From Octopus vulgaris (taxonomy: Eukaryota), in assembly GCA_951406725.2 (NCBI GenBank), contig OX597821.1, positions 37,696,001-37,760,000 of the forward strand: DNA of 64,000 nucleotides. Direction: 5' to 3'. Position 1 is the stretch's first letter. Every line of letters begins with the position of its first letter. The notes beneath the pieces were generated by a model. That model saw only the letters and a program-made list of their open reading frames with translations, made no database searches and had not been told where the DNA came from. Made by a program: the position numbers and the translations under genes. Shown piece after piece: positions 1-13,163 of the stretch.

Positions 1-305
1 TAAAAACAGAGTAGTGACGGCTTCAATGCATTTAATACTAGGTTTCCCCCAACAATGGCCGACATGAGTCTGGGACTAAATAATAATCATATTCCTCTGA
101 CTGCTAAGTCCCAGTCAAATTATGAATCACAGTAACAGGACATTCTAAAATACTGACTGCAATCTTCATTTAATAAATAAAGGCTGATAATTAGTTTCAA
201 AATGAAAATTAATCTCATCATTAATTACGTTTTTCATTAGAATTACCCTATTTGTTTTAAAGTAACCTACTTTTATCAAATTATCGAATTGTATACATCC
301 TGTAT

Positions 306-307
<2 letters not shown>

Positions 308-348
<41 letters not shown>
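308..348. repeat. (CA)n microsatellite, one example of dozens of CA/TA/GA/TACA/TATC tracts in the window
   Basis: Perfect dinucleotide run read directly from the sequence. Confidence 0.98.
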
Positions 349-351
<3 letters not shown>

Positions 352-1216
352 TTTAATACTTCATCTCTTAAATTTTTTAAATATATATAAATGGTGCGAA
401 CGCAAGAAAAAAAAACTATGAATCTGAAATAAAATATAGTTTGTTGTGTCTGTGGATTTAGTTATGGGTATAGCAAGGCTGAGTATTCCTGGAACCTGTA
501 AACTTTGGTCTCCTATTTTGAAATGTATTTCTCAGTTAGCAGCCATGAAAGTTACATTGAGTATAAAAACCTCTTCTCTCATGAATCGACCAGTCAAAAT
601 AGTAACCTGAGGCATTAATTTTGTCAACATCATTACATCTAGTATTATTACATAACAATATTAAACGTGTAATATCTAGTACTGTTATATAACGGTTCTA
701 AATATTGCAAGTTTTGTACCGTTAGGTAATGATACCAGCTATTTAAGGCTTCCGTATAGGATTATGGGATGATGGCCCTTATTTTGGACAGAAATCGCAG
801 AAGTCCAACAAGTTCCAGAGCATTTCAGAATTCAACAGCTGACCTGACAGTCTCTACGAAGTATATATGTTTGCAGTCCCCTGAAATGCAGTCCCAGAAC
901 TTGTTCTTTGTGGTGTTGTTGATATTATTGCCCTTTCATGTAAACACACTAATAGCTCTCACGATTGAAGCTTTTGAAAGACTCTTGTACTTTTCTCCAT
1001 AGGAAGCAGAAATTTCTGTACTAATTAAAGATGAAATTAAACAAACGTATATATAATTGCAAAAGATTTTCCCCACTAAAACTGTCGTCTGCTCAGAATT
1101 GGAAAGAAAAGAAGTGTTCGGTTGATTCTGGATAGTTTCGGCTTCAATGTTGAGTGGTCGGCATATAAATGTGGAAGGTAGAAAGGAGGGAGGCGGGAAC
1201 GGAAATGGGAGAGAGG

Positions 1217-1262
<46 letters not shown>

Positions 1263-1971
1263 GAGAGGGAGAGAGAGGTTTCTTTCCCTACAGTTCAGTG
1301 TTTCTCCATCCGCTATTTTACTTGAACGTCCTCACTTTTACCATCCACCGCCATTTGTACTATCGTCCATTCACAGACGATTAGAGTCAAGTTCAATTTT
1401 CCAAATAATAAGACGTTTCCAATGTAATCATTATCTTGTAGTTCATATATATTACCTATCATTTTGTAACTAGATATATTTTCTTCGCCTCTTTTTCCTG
1501 ACAATAAACACATATTCTATTAGTTTGAAATGTTTTACAATAAAGCATGGACAACCCCCGCCAGCGTTGTTCCTGATATATCTACATAAATTATAGAAAT
1601 TGAATGAAATTACTTTCACTCCTCGTGAATAATATTGGCTGTTAGTTGTTTGAACCAATTGTAAACAATTACCAGTGCCACGCGCGGTGTCGACAAACAG
1701 GACTCGGAATACATGCATATAAAATACTTGATTCAACGCCTGACATTATACAAAGAAACGTTCACAGTACCTCGAATAATTAAAAACTAGTGACTACTTC
1801 TGAACTGAATCTGACTCAACGCGCAAAATATCATAGCTGAAAGCTTTCAGTCATCACTCTTAGCAATCCCTCCCTCCCCTTCTCTCTTTATGCTTACATT
1901 ATATATGTGTATATATATATGTGTGTGTGTGTGTGTACGTATGTGTATATATAGTATGTGTGTGTACGTAT

Positions 1972-2179
1972 TCTCTTTTATTCAGTCATTTGACTGCGGC
2001 CATGCTGGAGCACCGCCTTTAGTCGCGCAACTCGACCCCAGAACTCATTTTTTGGAAGCCTAGTACTTATTCTATCAGTCTCTTTTGCCGAACCGCTAAG
2101 GGTATGTAAACGCACCACCATCGGTTGTTATGCGAGGTTGGCGGAACAAACACAGACATACAAACATATATACATACAC

Positions 2180-2234
<55 letters not shown>

Positions 2235-2397
2235 AACGATGGGCGTCTTTCAGTTTCCGCCTACCAAATCCACTCACAAGTCATTGGTCGGCCCGAGGCT
2301 ATAGTAGAAAACACCTGTCCAAGGTACCACGCAGTGAGAATGAACTCGGAACCATGTGGTTGGTTAGCAAGCTACTTTTCAAACATCCATTCCTGCG
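1972..2397 (-). mobile_element. tRNA-derived SINE, family A (internal (TA)n tract)
   Basis: Reverse complement of the full copy at 49362-49792: tRNA-like head, internal microsatellite, tail ending GCTCCAGCATGGCCGCAGTCAAATGACTGAA. Confidence 0.9.
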
Positions 2398-2445
2398 TAT
2401 GTGTATATATAATATGTATGTGTGTGTGCATGTATGTATATATAG

Positions 2446-2550
<105 letters not shown>

Positions 2551-2735
2551 ATATAGTGTGTATGTGTATCTGTCTTTGATTTGTTTCGGTCATTAGACTG
2601 TGGCCATGCTGGGGCACCTCCTTGAAGAAGACTAAGACCCTTCAACATGGTGTCCCCGTATGACCGCAGTCTAATGATTGATACAAAATATAAGTTATAT
2701 ACCTACGTGTGTACTGATGTCTGTATATGCATGCT

Positions 2736-2769
<34 letters not shown>

Positions 2770-3374
2770 CGTTTATATATCTATATACATGTTCATGAAT
2801 GTGTATGTGTGTTTGTGTGTGATATTTCTATTACTGCTTTCAAAAATGTATGCAAAATTTTCGGTTGTTTCAATGGATGGCAAAAGCTTTCTAATCGACC
2901 GTTCTTTGTAATTCATTAGACTCATTTTCCATTCCTTAGTTGCCATTGTTTATGCTCGAGTGACATTACGTTAAATGCTGAAGGTTATATTTCAAATATC
3001 AGTATATAAGGCGAAGATGCGAAGTAAATATTTAATATAGTGTAGAAGGACTATCACACTAACAATATATTATGTAGACGCGTGAGCGAGTGAAAAACAA
3101 AACATAAAGAAAACTACAAAAAGCAGAGCGGGTGTGGCCTTACGAAGGAAGAATATTAGAAAATTCTGGAATATTAGATACGCTTGTTGATTTCATGGGA
3201 AATGGAAGAATCATGGTATTAATAAATCCAGACGATAATCCAAAATATACAGAAAAAATTGTCTATCAAAATATAATGTAGATGCGTTTCCAATATATAC
3301 ACCTCCATGCACACGCACACACTTGTATCTATGCATGGATATTGTGTGTGTGTTTGTGTATATGTTGATATATG

Positions 3375-3626
3375 TATATTATACACACACAGACACACAC
3401 ATACACACACACGTATATATATATATATATACATATATACATATATATATACATATATATATACATATACATATGTATATATATATACATTTATATATAT
3501 ACATACATACATATATATATATATACATACATATACATATATATATCTATACATAGATATATATATATCTATATCTATACATACACATATATATCTATAC
3601 ATACATATACATACATATACACATAC

Positions 3627-3694
<68 letters not shown>

Positions 3695-3718
3695 AGAGAG
3701 AGAGAGATAGATAGATAT
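3375..3718. repeat. Compound (TA)/(CA)/(TACA)/(GA)/(GATA) low-complexity tract
   Basis: Read directly; it explains the YI-rich spurious ORFs here. Confidence 0.95.
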
Positions 3719-3757
3719 AATCCGAATTGTATAGCATTAAGTAACCATCACGGCTGG

Positions 3758-3835
3758 TCTTACCAACTGGTTTCGCGCAAAGATACAATGGAGTGTTAGG
3801 TAATAATCCAATTATATAATTACGCTCATCAGAGG
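3758..3835 (-). ncRNA. Type I hammerhead ribozyme motif (weak stem I)
   Basis: Minus strand reads cct CTGATGA gcgtaa...ttgcgc GAAA ccagttg GTA aga. Core is intact, stem II has 6 bp, stem III is ACCA-gt-TGGT, triplet is GUA. Only 2 bp of proximal stem I. Confidence 0.65.
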
Positions 3836-6800
3836 TATCCGATATCGAAGGGAATATGGCGACTGCCCTCTATCGTCGGAAATTAATTAGCACAACCAGA
3901 CATCGGCTACTGGGGAAAAAAAGTGGCGATTTACTTTAGTAGTAGCCTTGTATAGGGTTCGTTCGATGGTGTTGAGATATTCTTTGTTGAATATCCCAGG
4001 TCGTAATATTCCAAATCCATTTTTAAAGGTTGTATAAGTAATATTACAATATTTGGCTACTATGTAAAGCGCAACGCTGGTAAGAGTAGCTGTATGGTAA
4101 GAGTCAAGGAAATCATATTGTAATACACTCTACGTTACTTTGCCAGCGTGAGCGTGCGAGAATCATCTAAGAGACGATAAGCCAGGGAACTTTGAGTAGT
4201 ACGTTGCTGGTATACTCTAGGGTGTCCAACAAATCGTAAATCCCATGGTGTAAGTAATCAAATGAACAATAAAGACACGATGGACAACTGTCAGCCTACC
4301 ACAGCTGTCCCCCATACAACCCATAACAGAAGAATGAGAATATCACATCACTCCAAAAGATCGCAATCATTAGATGAGAAGCAATTTTCAGATGAAATGT
4401 AATTTGTAAAATTACTTCTCATCTGACCCAAATCGGAAGGAATAGACTATGGTTGCTGTCTTAGATGAGTATGGTGACTAAAGAATGTGATTCACTAATT
4501 AAATCCATATATTGGTTTGACGTCATTAAATAATAGAAACTCTTCAGAGTTAGCTAATTTTGCTGTGTAGTTATGAATCGAAATACTGTCAACTTCGATA
4601 TCAATTTCACTGTAATACCCTGTTGAAAAAATATCGATTGTAGACAACTAATCAGAAGAAAAGTCAGCAAAATCCTGTTGACGATAACAAATTTAGACTT
4701 AAATTCTAAACGATAATATTATTTCCATGTACAGACACTATTATAAATTATAGGTTCAAATTTCAATCAACAGGCCTGATTCATTGTCTGACTGGTAATT
4801 ATTTAATTCTGGGAGAGAGGTAAAAGACATAAATATTAAAACTTTAAAACCAGAAGGTAACTAAATACTATAAAGTAATCTAAGGGTATTGCGGTTTTTG
4901 CCAGGCTTCTACTAATGGCCCGAAAAGGAAGTTGACTGTGACAGAATTTGAACACTGGATTTGGTTAAAAAGAGACGATGAGCGATGGCTAGAAGTATAT
5001 TGAGTTCTTCATAACCAGCTGATCTAGCAAGCGGGGCCTCATATCAGTGAGTGGGGCCGGTGCGCATTGATGCCGTCGAGAGGTAGGCCCCGAAACGGCA
5101 CGCATTCTCTCCTGATGACCCCGTACACTTGCTAGCTTCCGGTATACGGAGCTTTTAACTGGTAGCACTTGCATGTGCAAGTTGTTTGCAAGACATCTAA
5201 TAATGCAACTATAATCTTTCCTGATTTCGAATATTATTTTTTTTCCATAAAAAGAATAAAGTTCTTAGATAAGAAGCGTTAAGTGATGCAATTTCAATGT
5301 AATTCACCATCAAAAACTTGGTGATGGCTACCTTCGAACATGAGAAATTTTGCACAAATATAATTTTGGGAATAATGGAAAGATATCTAAATCATGGAAT
5401 GCTGTACAAGTATTTTGGAAGACAGTAATGTCCAAAATGTAACTGTGACAAAAGATACAAAGAAAAATCTTACGATGAATATAAACTGGGCTTAATTGCG
5501 AGTTGAAGGTTTTTAAGTGTACAACTGTTGTCCATTTAATGGGGGTATACATACATAGATGGGGATAAAATGCTATAAATAGGCATTATTGTGTGTATAA
5601 TAATTTTTTATTATTTTCTATTGAAAATTAAAGAACAATGGTTACAATAAACTGGGAACTGAATCAAAAGAGTTGAGTATATTTTTGATCTGTTGATATT
5701 AACTAGGAACATGGAATATAAGCATCGATTATCAGAATGTATTGAATTTATAAAGCCGATATTAATTGAAAGTCGTTTGTGTTGTGATGCAGTTTTCATT
5801 AAAACAGGGATCACAAATTTTCTCCTATTTTTCACTAAAAAAGAATTAATTTTCATTTTAGGCTCATTAAATTTAGTTCGATATCTCCAACCCATCTTCC
5901 TTGAACGAAATTTAAAATGAAAATGTTAAACAAGTCTTGATTCTTTTAAACATTAGTGTAAGATAATGCATTAAAAATATTCTTAGTGGGGTTGGAGAAA
6001 TCAATATTAATTTCGATAGAAAATAGAAGCCTTAATATCATTCTATTTAATACAATTAAATTTTCGACGTAAACTAAGTAAAGGTTGGGGTGGAAGAAAA
6101 GTCAAATTTATTACGTCTGATGTCTGGAAGCCTGTTATTATTCAACAATTACAGGAAATCAAAAGCTGATCACCAGATGAAGAGGGGAACCGCAAAACAC
6201 ATCAGCTGTTTCACTACTTCCGTTGTGAGTAACTATTGCCCGCAGTAATCGAACTTCAAAAGCAATTCGTTAAATTGAATTTAAAAGAAGAAAGTATTAA
6301 AAGCTATTAAAACGAGTAAGGTGGGGGAGGAAATTCAAAGACTAAAATTAATTTGCATTCCCCCACTTTTACCGATTCAATATGTATGTGAAATAGATTG
6401 ATATCATTTTCGAATTAAATGGTTTAATTATACCAGTTGTATGTCCTGTCATGTTTAATGTCATACGCTTCCGGATGTCATTTTGGCCACAACTCATTCC
6501 TCCGTCAATGTTTCATACATGGCGAACAATATTTAAATTCTTTAATTTCTCGCTACAGTGTTAGTAATATGAATAACAGCATACGTACAGATCATTGCTG
6601 GTAGATTGGTCAATGAATTTTCATTTTATTTCGAAGAAGTAATTAAATTTCAGGTTCTATGATTCAGAAAGTTCAAATAATCTAAAGCGCTCGTATGCAT
6701 CTCATTACACACACACACACACACACAAAAATATAAAACTAAAAAAAAAAAAAAACTAAAAAAGACTCTCTCCTGCCACACAAACATACTGCCATACATA

Positions 6801-7319
6801 TGTTATATTAAAAATATCTGGTCACAATTTGTACAAACAAACACATACATACACACAACTTGATACATAAAATGTTGATGTAGAGTTCTGTCTGGAGCGC
6901 CCTGAAATCTTAGGTTTCGTGTAAGCGTGCAATCGTCAGCCATCCAGGGGTGAGTTAGTGGAATACGGAATCTGTTCTGATCGCTTGACAAGTTCAAAGA
7001 TACAAACGTGTACCGATAAGAGATAGAATGAATGAAGTTGAAATTAAATGCTGAAGTGCTTTACTGGGCATGTTACTGAAAAGCTTCTCGTTTTGTTCTG
7101 AAATTTCGAAAAGAATCTGGGATATTATCAACTTGTAAGCATGCACCCGGTATTATCACATGCAAGTGTCATAAATGGTGGATCTTGATGCCAACTTCAT
7201 GATTTTTGTCTCCAGTCATGATATTCTCTTTTAAAGGAATTTTATCTCATTTATTTTCTCTTATGCATCATCTCCCTTGCAAGCTTCGACATATTTAATT
7301 AATCAACATTTATTTTAAA

Positions 7320-8152
7320 CTAGCAGCATAGCCCGGCGTTGCCCGGGTATGTAAGAGCTCCTAATAGGCAACGACTAATCCCAATCTAGTCCTTTCCCTC
7401 TAGGGAACGAAGGCGCATGTGTAGGTTGCAATGTCTTCTCTTCACTGGAATACTTCTGTGTATACGATGTTCCTAGCTGTCCTTTTGGGCGAAAACATGA
7501 AAACATCATTGCGCCTCCCAAGAGAGTTAAAAAGGTCGAGTTGCTTCCCCTAGACAGTCTGTGGTTTGTGTTTAATACACAAAGCGGTTTGCTATGTGTG
7601 CCACATATGATTTAATTAACCGATTTTTTCCAGTAATAAAGTATCCTATTGGAATAAAAAGGGCCATATAGCTCCTTGGAGCAGACATGATGCTCGGTGT
7701 GAATTTAAAAAAGAATTCCTGCCAATTTCTGAAAGATATTGTCGAAAATATGTCATCTTGAATTTGAACGCGATTTCCCAAAATGGCATGATTTTATCGA
7801 TTTTTTCTGATGGTAAGGTATTGCATGAAAAACTAACGTCAGAATTAAGTTTCTTTGGGTAGCATTAAGCTTCACCATGAGTTTGGTGAAAATCGATTGC
7901 AAGTTGCGAAAACTACAACAGAAAATATGTTGCATATAAAAAGCTTAGATTCTCGACCCCATGTCGAATTTATCAATTTTTTTTCAGAACTGGGGGAACT
8001 TTTCAAAATTTTCGCTGCGTTAGTTTTGAATTATGACATTGGGCTATGTGTGTATCAAGTTTCATCAGAATCGGTTGAAAGCCGTGGTCAGGGTGAGGGT
8101 ACAACCTGAACAGACACACAGACAGACAAACTGCCGTTTATATATAGAGAGA
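7320..8152 (-). mobile_element. Non-autonomous Helitron retaining the RepHel C-terminus
   Basis: Minus strand begins A|TC and ends with hairpin CCCGGGCAACGCCGGG then CTAG|T. About 7500-7443 translates MFSPKRTARNIVYTEVFQ*, matching the T.NIVY.EV end of Helitron Pif1-type helicases. Confidence 0.85.
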
Positions 8153-8526
8153 TTCATAATTCTATCCATGTACTAGTATTTCCAACACCCATTTAATTTC
8201 GCTTTCCACACACACACACACACACACACGCACACACACACAATCTCCGTCGTCATACGCTTTTCCCCCAAAATCGCTTCTTTTATTGTATTGGAATTCC
8301 TCCAAGAGTAATTCAAAATCCTCCAAATATTCTTTTTATATTTTCTATTGTATGTCCCTTTGTTCAATTGATCTTAGTCGCCTAAAGATCGGCAACGAGG
8401 AACTGTGTGCCACAATGTGAAACTTGCAACTTCTAACAAATATATATCTGTTTCTGCACCAAGTGCTGCTTTTCATTTGTCATAGTGAACACTGCAGTAT
8501 ATATATATATATATATATATATATGC

Positions 8527-8877
8527 TTTTATTCTTTTACTTTGAAAGGTTTTAATTGAACAAATCGACCTCAGGACTTTTTTTTAAATCGCAAAGAACT
8601 TATTCTATCGGTCTCTTTTGCCGAACCAATGATGTTACGGGGATCTAAACACAAGCACCAGTTGTCAAGCGGTCATGGTGGGTGGGTGGGACAAACAAAC
8701 TTAGACACACATACATAACTGGCTTCTTTCAGCTTCCGTTTACCAAATCCACTCACAAGGCTTTGGTCGGCCCGAGGCTATGGTAGAAAACACTTGCCCA
8801 AGGTGTCACACAGAGGGACTGAACCTGAAATCACGCGGTTGAGAATCAAGTTTCCTACCACACGCCATGCCTGCGCC
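8527..8877 (-). mobile_element. SINE family A, diverged copy
   Basis: Shares ACCAAATCCACTCACAAGGCTTTGGTCGGCCCGAGGCTA and ACACTTGCCCAAGGTG with the other copies. Confidence 0.88.
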
Positions 8878-8880
8878 TAC

Positions 8881-8912
<32 letters not shown>

Positions 8913-8940
8913 CTGTGTGTGTGTGTGTATCATTTCAATA

Positions 8941-9138
8941 TGTGACCGCGAGTGTATCGTTGGCGATTTTCTTTCTCCGTCTTCCCTTCTTTGGACTTTT
9001 TCTATATTTCTGATGAAGAGTTCCACTCGAAACGTGAAATCCTCTTTTCTTTCCTTTCTTGAGCATCCAATAACACTGTACTTATTCTACGCCCTCGCGT
9101 TGTTGTTTTTTCTTGCTTGTTCATGTTTGGATTGACTA
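8941..9138 (+). mobile_element. Short (~200 bp) hammerhead-bearing repeat, probably Penelope-like; sister copy at 29733-29944
   Basis: Aligns end to end with the reverse complement of 29733-29944 and ends in (TA)n. Confidence 0.75.
9006..9040 (+). ncRNA. Minimal type I hammerhead motif, probably inactive (GUG triplet)
   Basis: attt CTGATGA a gag ttcca ctc GAAA c GTG aaat; palindromic ACGT stem III; position 17 is G. Confidence 0.65.
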
Positions 9139-9485
9139 TATATATATGTATATATATTATTCAAAGGAATTCCAACTCTGTTTTTTATGTTTTATTTATA
9201 TTCTTTATAATATTAATGTAGAATATAGAATATATAGTATAAATAGTATATATAGTAAAATGAAATGAAGTATTGAAAGTTATTGCTGTGTTTGATGCGT
9301 AATAAGCTTTCACTTGACTTGACTCATAGCTTTTGAATAGATGAACTATTGAATATCAAATATTAAGGGACTAGTATACTTTCTTGCATTAAATCAGTCT
9401 TCAAGGTCCCAGGTTGTGATAGGAGGGTTTCAACTGTCATGTATATATATATATATAATGTGTGTGTGTGTGTGTGTGTGTGTGT

Positions 9486-9815
9486 GAAGGCGCATGGCTC
9501 AGTGGTTAGAGCGTTGAGCTTACGATCTTGAGGTTGTGAGTTCAATTCCCGCACCGTGCTGCCTGTTATGTTCTTGAGCAAGACACTTTATTTCACGTTG
9601 CTCCAGTTAACTCAGCTGTAGTAAGTGTGTTGCGACATCACTGGTGCCAAGCTGGATCGACCCCTTTGCCTTTCCCTTGGATAGAATCGGTGGTGTGTGG
9701 AGAGGGGAGGCTGGTATCCATGGGCGACTGCTGACCTTCCACAAACAACCTTGCCCGGACTTGTGCCTCGGAGGGCAACATTCTAGGTTCAATCCCATGT
9801 TCATTCATGACCGAT
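9486..9815 (+). mobile_element. tRNA-derived SINE, family C
   Basis: A box TGGCTCAGTGG, B box GAGTTCAATTCC, then TTCTTGAGCAAGACACTTTATTTCAC shared with the copies at 24679, 31291, 44748 and 61933. Confidence 0.85.
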
Positions 9816-10071
9816 ATACATATATATCGGTGACGTCATAAGAATTCATAAACTTTCGAGAGAACGCGGAATTTTTTTTGTGGGTATTTGGTTCTTGAAG
9901 TATATCTGAAGCTATTAGTAATATGAAAATTTTTGGTTTAAAACCCTTCTAGGCAGAAAAAAGCCGAAGACTCCAATATTTCATCTCTCTAAAAGGGGAT
10001 TTCAACCGATGTTTGCATGCTATTATTTATAGCTCGATATTCACTTCAAGAAGAAATTTCCAAAAAGTCAT

Positions 10072-10104
10072 GTACATACATACATACATACATACATACA
10101 TACA

Positions 10105-10140
<36 letters not shown>

Positions 10141-10200
10141 CATACATACATACATACATACATACATACATACATACATACATACATACATACATACATA
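10072..10200. repeat. (TACA)n microsatellite
   Basis: Direct tandem run. Confidence 0.97.
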
Positions 10201-11718
10201 CTTAAATATGTGTGTATGTGAGTGTGTGTGTCCGTGTGTACAACGAGCTTAAGATAAGTTTCCGTGCTCGAGTCTGCGAGAGAGAGGACACTTCACCTAA
10301 AATGCGGTTCAGATTCGTTGGATCCACGCACGGAAATGATACAGCAGACCAATTAAACATACAGAGCCATCTCTGCCTTCTGAGTGTGTCAATGAAATCC
10401 AGTACACGATCTCCCAGCTAAGTTTCACCTTTCGTCTCATTGTTTTCATAATAACTGTTAACAAATGAAACCCCAAAATGTAAAATCTGGAAATGTTTTA
10501 ATACGTCCAGCATCGAAATAATTGATTACATTTTCTTTGTTCCTTTCCCCCAACGTCCGTCCATTGAAAGTTGTTGCTGTGTTTGATGCGTCATAAGCTT
10601 TCATTTGACTTGACTCATAGCTTTTAGTCAGGAGGAAGCCGTTTTTCCTTTTATTTACCCGAAATATGAGGCGAAAAAATTTTGTTATCTCATAATAGCT
10701 TCATTATCAATTATGAATAGTGTGTGTATGTGTGTGTGTGTGTGTGCGCGCACACCTACACCACAGCTTTTTAAATACTACCCGGTTTTTGAAAAGGAAA
10801 TCATAGTCTTTGCTTAATATACACTTCAGGCCGTTCTGCTATTGATCATACCAGTCTGAGAACTTGGACAAATAACCAGTATTCAGAATTTTCTCTTTAT
10901 TTATGTTTTAGCTCAAACTTTCTATAGGACAAAAAGAATAAATAAATAAAAAACTCACCTCATAAATTGAATTATGACTATTATAATCTAATAATTATAA
11001 TAGTCGTAAAACTGTCTCCCTACTTCTCTCTCTCTTCTTCTCTCCCTCTCTATTTTTTGGCGTTTCTCACTTATTTCTCTTTCCCTGTTTCCCTTTCTTT
11101 TTTTTTTCTCCGCTCTGTTTTCTTTCCTTTTTTTTATCCTCTTCCTTCGTACTCCTCCTTCCACTCTTTCTTCCCCAGTTTCTCTTCCATTTTCCTTTTC
11201 GCCTTTTTTTCTCTTTCCTTCATACTGCCCATGTATGTAGATGTCTTTATGTACGTGAATATTTATGGACATTCGTAAAGTAAAATATGTCCACCAATGA
11301 CCTAATGTTCATGTGAGTTAATCGTAGACTACTAGCACTGTGTATATATATCAGAGCGTCTGCTAATGATACGTGGGTTTGTTGATGAAGTTGACTATGA
11401 ATGTTCAGACTATTAAATGATTGTTTAGCTGTGTTTAGTCATGCGATATAGGACAGAGGTCTAAGCTTGGCCAAAGCGTACACAAGAAAAAGAAAACAAA
11501 AAACCAAAACCAAAACTGAAGTGTATATCTTTCTTCTTCTCAAAGAGCTCTTTGTAGATGTAACCTTAAACTTTGGGCAACATATAGGAAGTAGACAAAG
11601 AAGCAGTGTAATCTACACATTTTTCTCTTAAAAATTAACGCGTAGGTTGTATGTTTGCCAGAGTCACTCATTAAAACCTCACATCTGACAAACTTTTTCA
11701 TCCTCGTTCTTTTTCATC

Positions 11719-11779
<61 letters not shown>

Positions 11780-12091
11780 CACACGTACCATTTCAGATCA
11801 ACAGCCGAGGCACATATTAGCATAATTATGTGATTTAGACTTATTTCTTTCTCGGAGTTCCAGCATGGTTTGTCTTGTCACAGAAATGCAATCAAATGGG
11901 CTGGGTTTAGTCTGTAAATATATATATCCCTTTGGTATAAATGGTGCATTGTGATTGGAAGATATTCTTGGTTCGTAATCGGTAACAGTGTATGAAAATG
12001 TTCATCTTAGGTGACCTAAAGTTGCCAGGTGATGCTGGAAGTTACAACAATCATCTGACGCAGGAAAACTATCAATATTTTCTGTTACCAA

Positions 12092-12278
12092 GGCGGCGAG
12101 CTGGCAGAAACGTTAGCACGCCGGGCGAAATTCTTAGCGGTATTTCGAGTTCAAATTCTACTGAGGTCGACTTTAACTTTCATCCTTTCGGGGTCGATAA
12201 ATTAAGTATCAGTTGCGTACTGGGGGCGATCTAATCGACTAGCCCAAAATTTCGAGCTTTGTCTCTAGAGTAGAAAAG
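12092..12278 (+). mobile_element. tRNA-derived SINE, family B, with 16-bp TSD
   Basis: Head GGCGGCGAGCTGGCAGAAACGTTAGC and core CTTTCATCCTTTCGGGGTCGATAAA; flanked by AATATTTTCTGTTACC at 12074-12089 and 12279-12294. Confidence 0.92.
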
Positions 12279-12407
12279 AATATTTTCTGTTACCTTGTCA
12301 TGCGAAGTAGGAAGCTGCTAAAAATCATCTAATTTCTTCGTCTCTATTTCAAGAGACAGAAAAGAAATCACAATTTCATATCTAATGCATATAAAAAATC
12401 TACTTAA

Positions 12408-12780
12408 CGCAGGTGTGACCGTGTAGTAAGAAGTTTGCTTTACAACAACATGGTTTCGGGTTCAGTTTCACCGTGCAGTACCTTGGGCAATTGCCTTCTG
12501 CTGTAGTCTTGAGCTGACCAAAGCCTTGTGAGTGGATTTGGTAAACGGAAACTGAAAGAAGCCCATCGTGTATATATATATATATAAGTGACTGTGTTTT
12601 TATGTCTGTGTTTGTCTCCACCACTACTTGACAACCGATGTTAGTATGTTTACGCCTCCGTAAGACACCGATAGAATAAGTATCACGTTAAAAAAAATGT
12701 ACTGGGGTTGGTTCATTCGACTAAAAATTCCTCAAGCATGGCCACAGTCTGATGGCTGATAAAAGCAAGAGATAAAAGAT
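12408..12780 (+). mobile_element. SINE family A
   Basis: Colinear with the 49362 copy, including the internal (TA)n and the TAAAAGAT tail. Confidence 0.88.
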
Positions 12781-13109
12781 ACTTTTGGGGCGTAACATGT
12801 ATATGTAGAGTTAATTATATAGAGGGCGGTACTTTCAGAAAAGAGCAATTGAAGTATTTAACAATATATATGTCTATTAGATTCATTTCTTACTTATACA
12901 CGAATGTCGTGGTTGTTGATTTGCGATGGCACCCTTCTTTCTATAAGGAATTTTACACACTCACTTGTGTGTGCGTGTGTGTGTGTGTGTATATTTATTT
13001 ATATATGATTTTACGCATTTCATTTGTTCGTACGGTGCTTGGTCACTTCAAACGAACTTTCGCAAGAATGATGGGGGAGAATATTAGTAGTTATTTAGCT
13101 GGCGGACTT

Positions 13110-13163
13110 TGGCTGATGAGAAATCACGCGCCTAGGTGGCCCTAAATTTCGAAACCGGTACCA
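13110..13163 (+). ncRNA. Type I hammerhead ribozyme, canonical core
   Basis: tgg CTGATGA gaaat-(loop)-atttc GAAA ccg GTA cca; G10.1-C11.1 pair present, palindromic ACCGGT stem III, predicted cleavage after 13160. Confidence 0.8.

Noticed and set aside
6905-6945. Minus-strand CTGACGA...GAAAC
   Set aside because: No stem II pairing and no UH triplet or stem I partner.
9486-9560. tRNA gene calls for SINE heads
   Set aside because: A and B boxes are present, but there is no full cloverleaf and each continues into a repeated SINE body.
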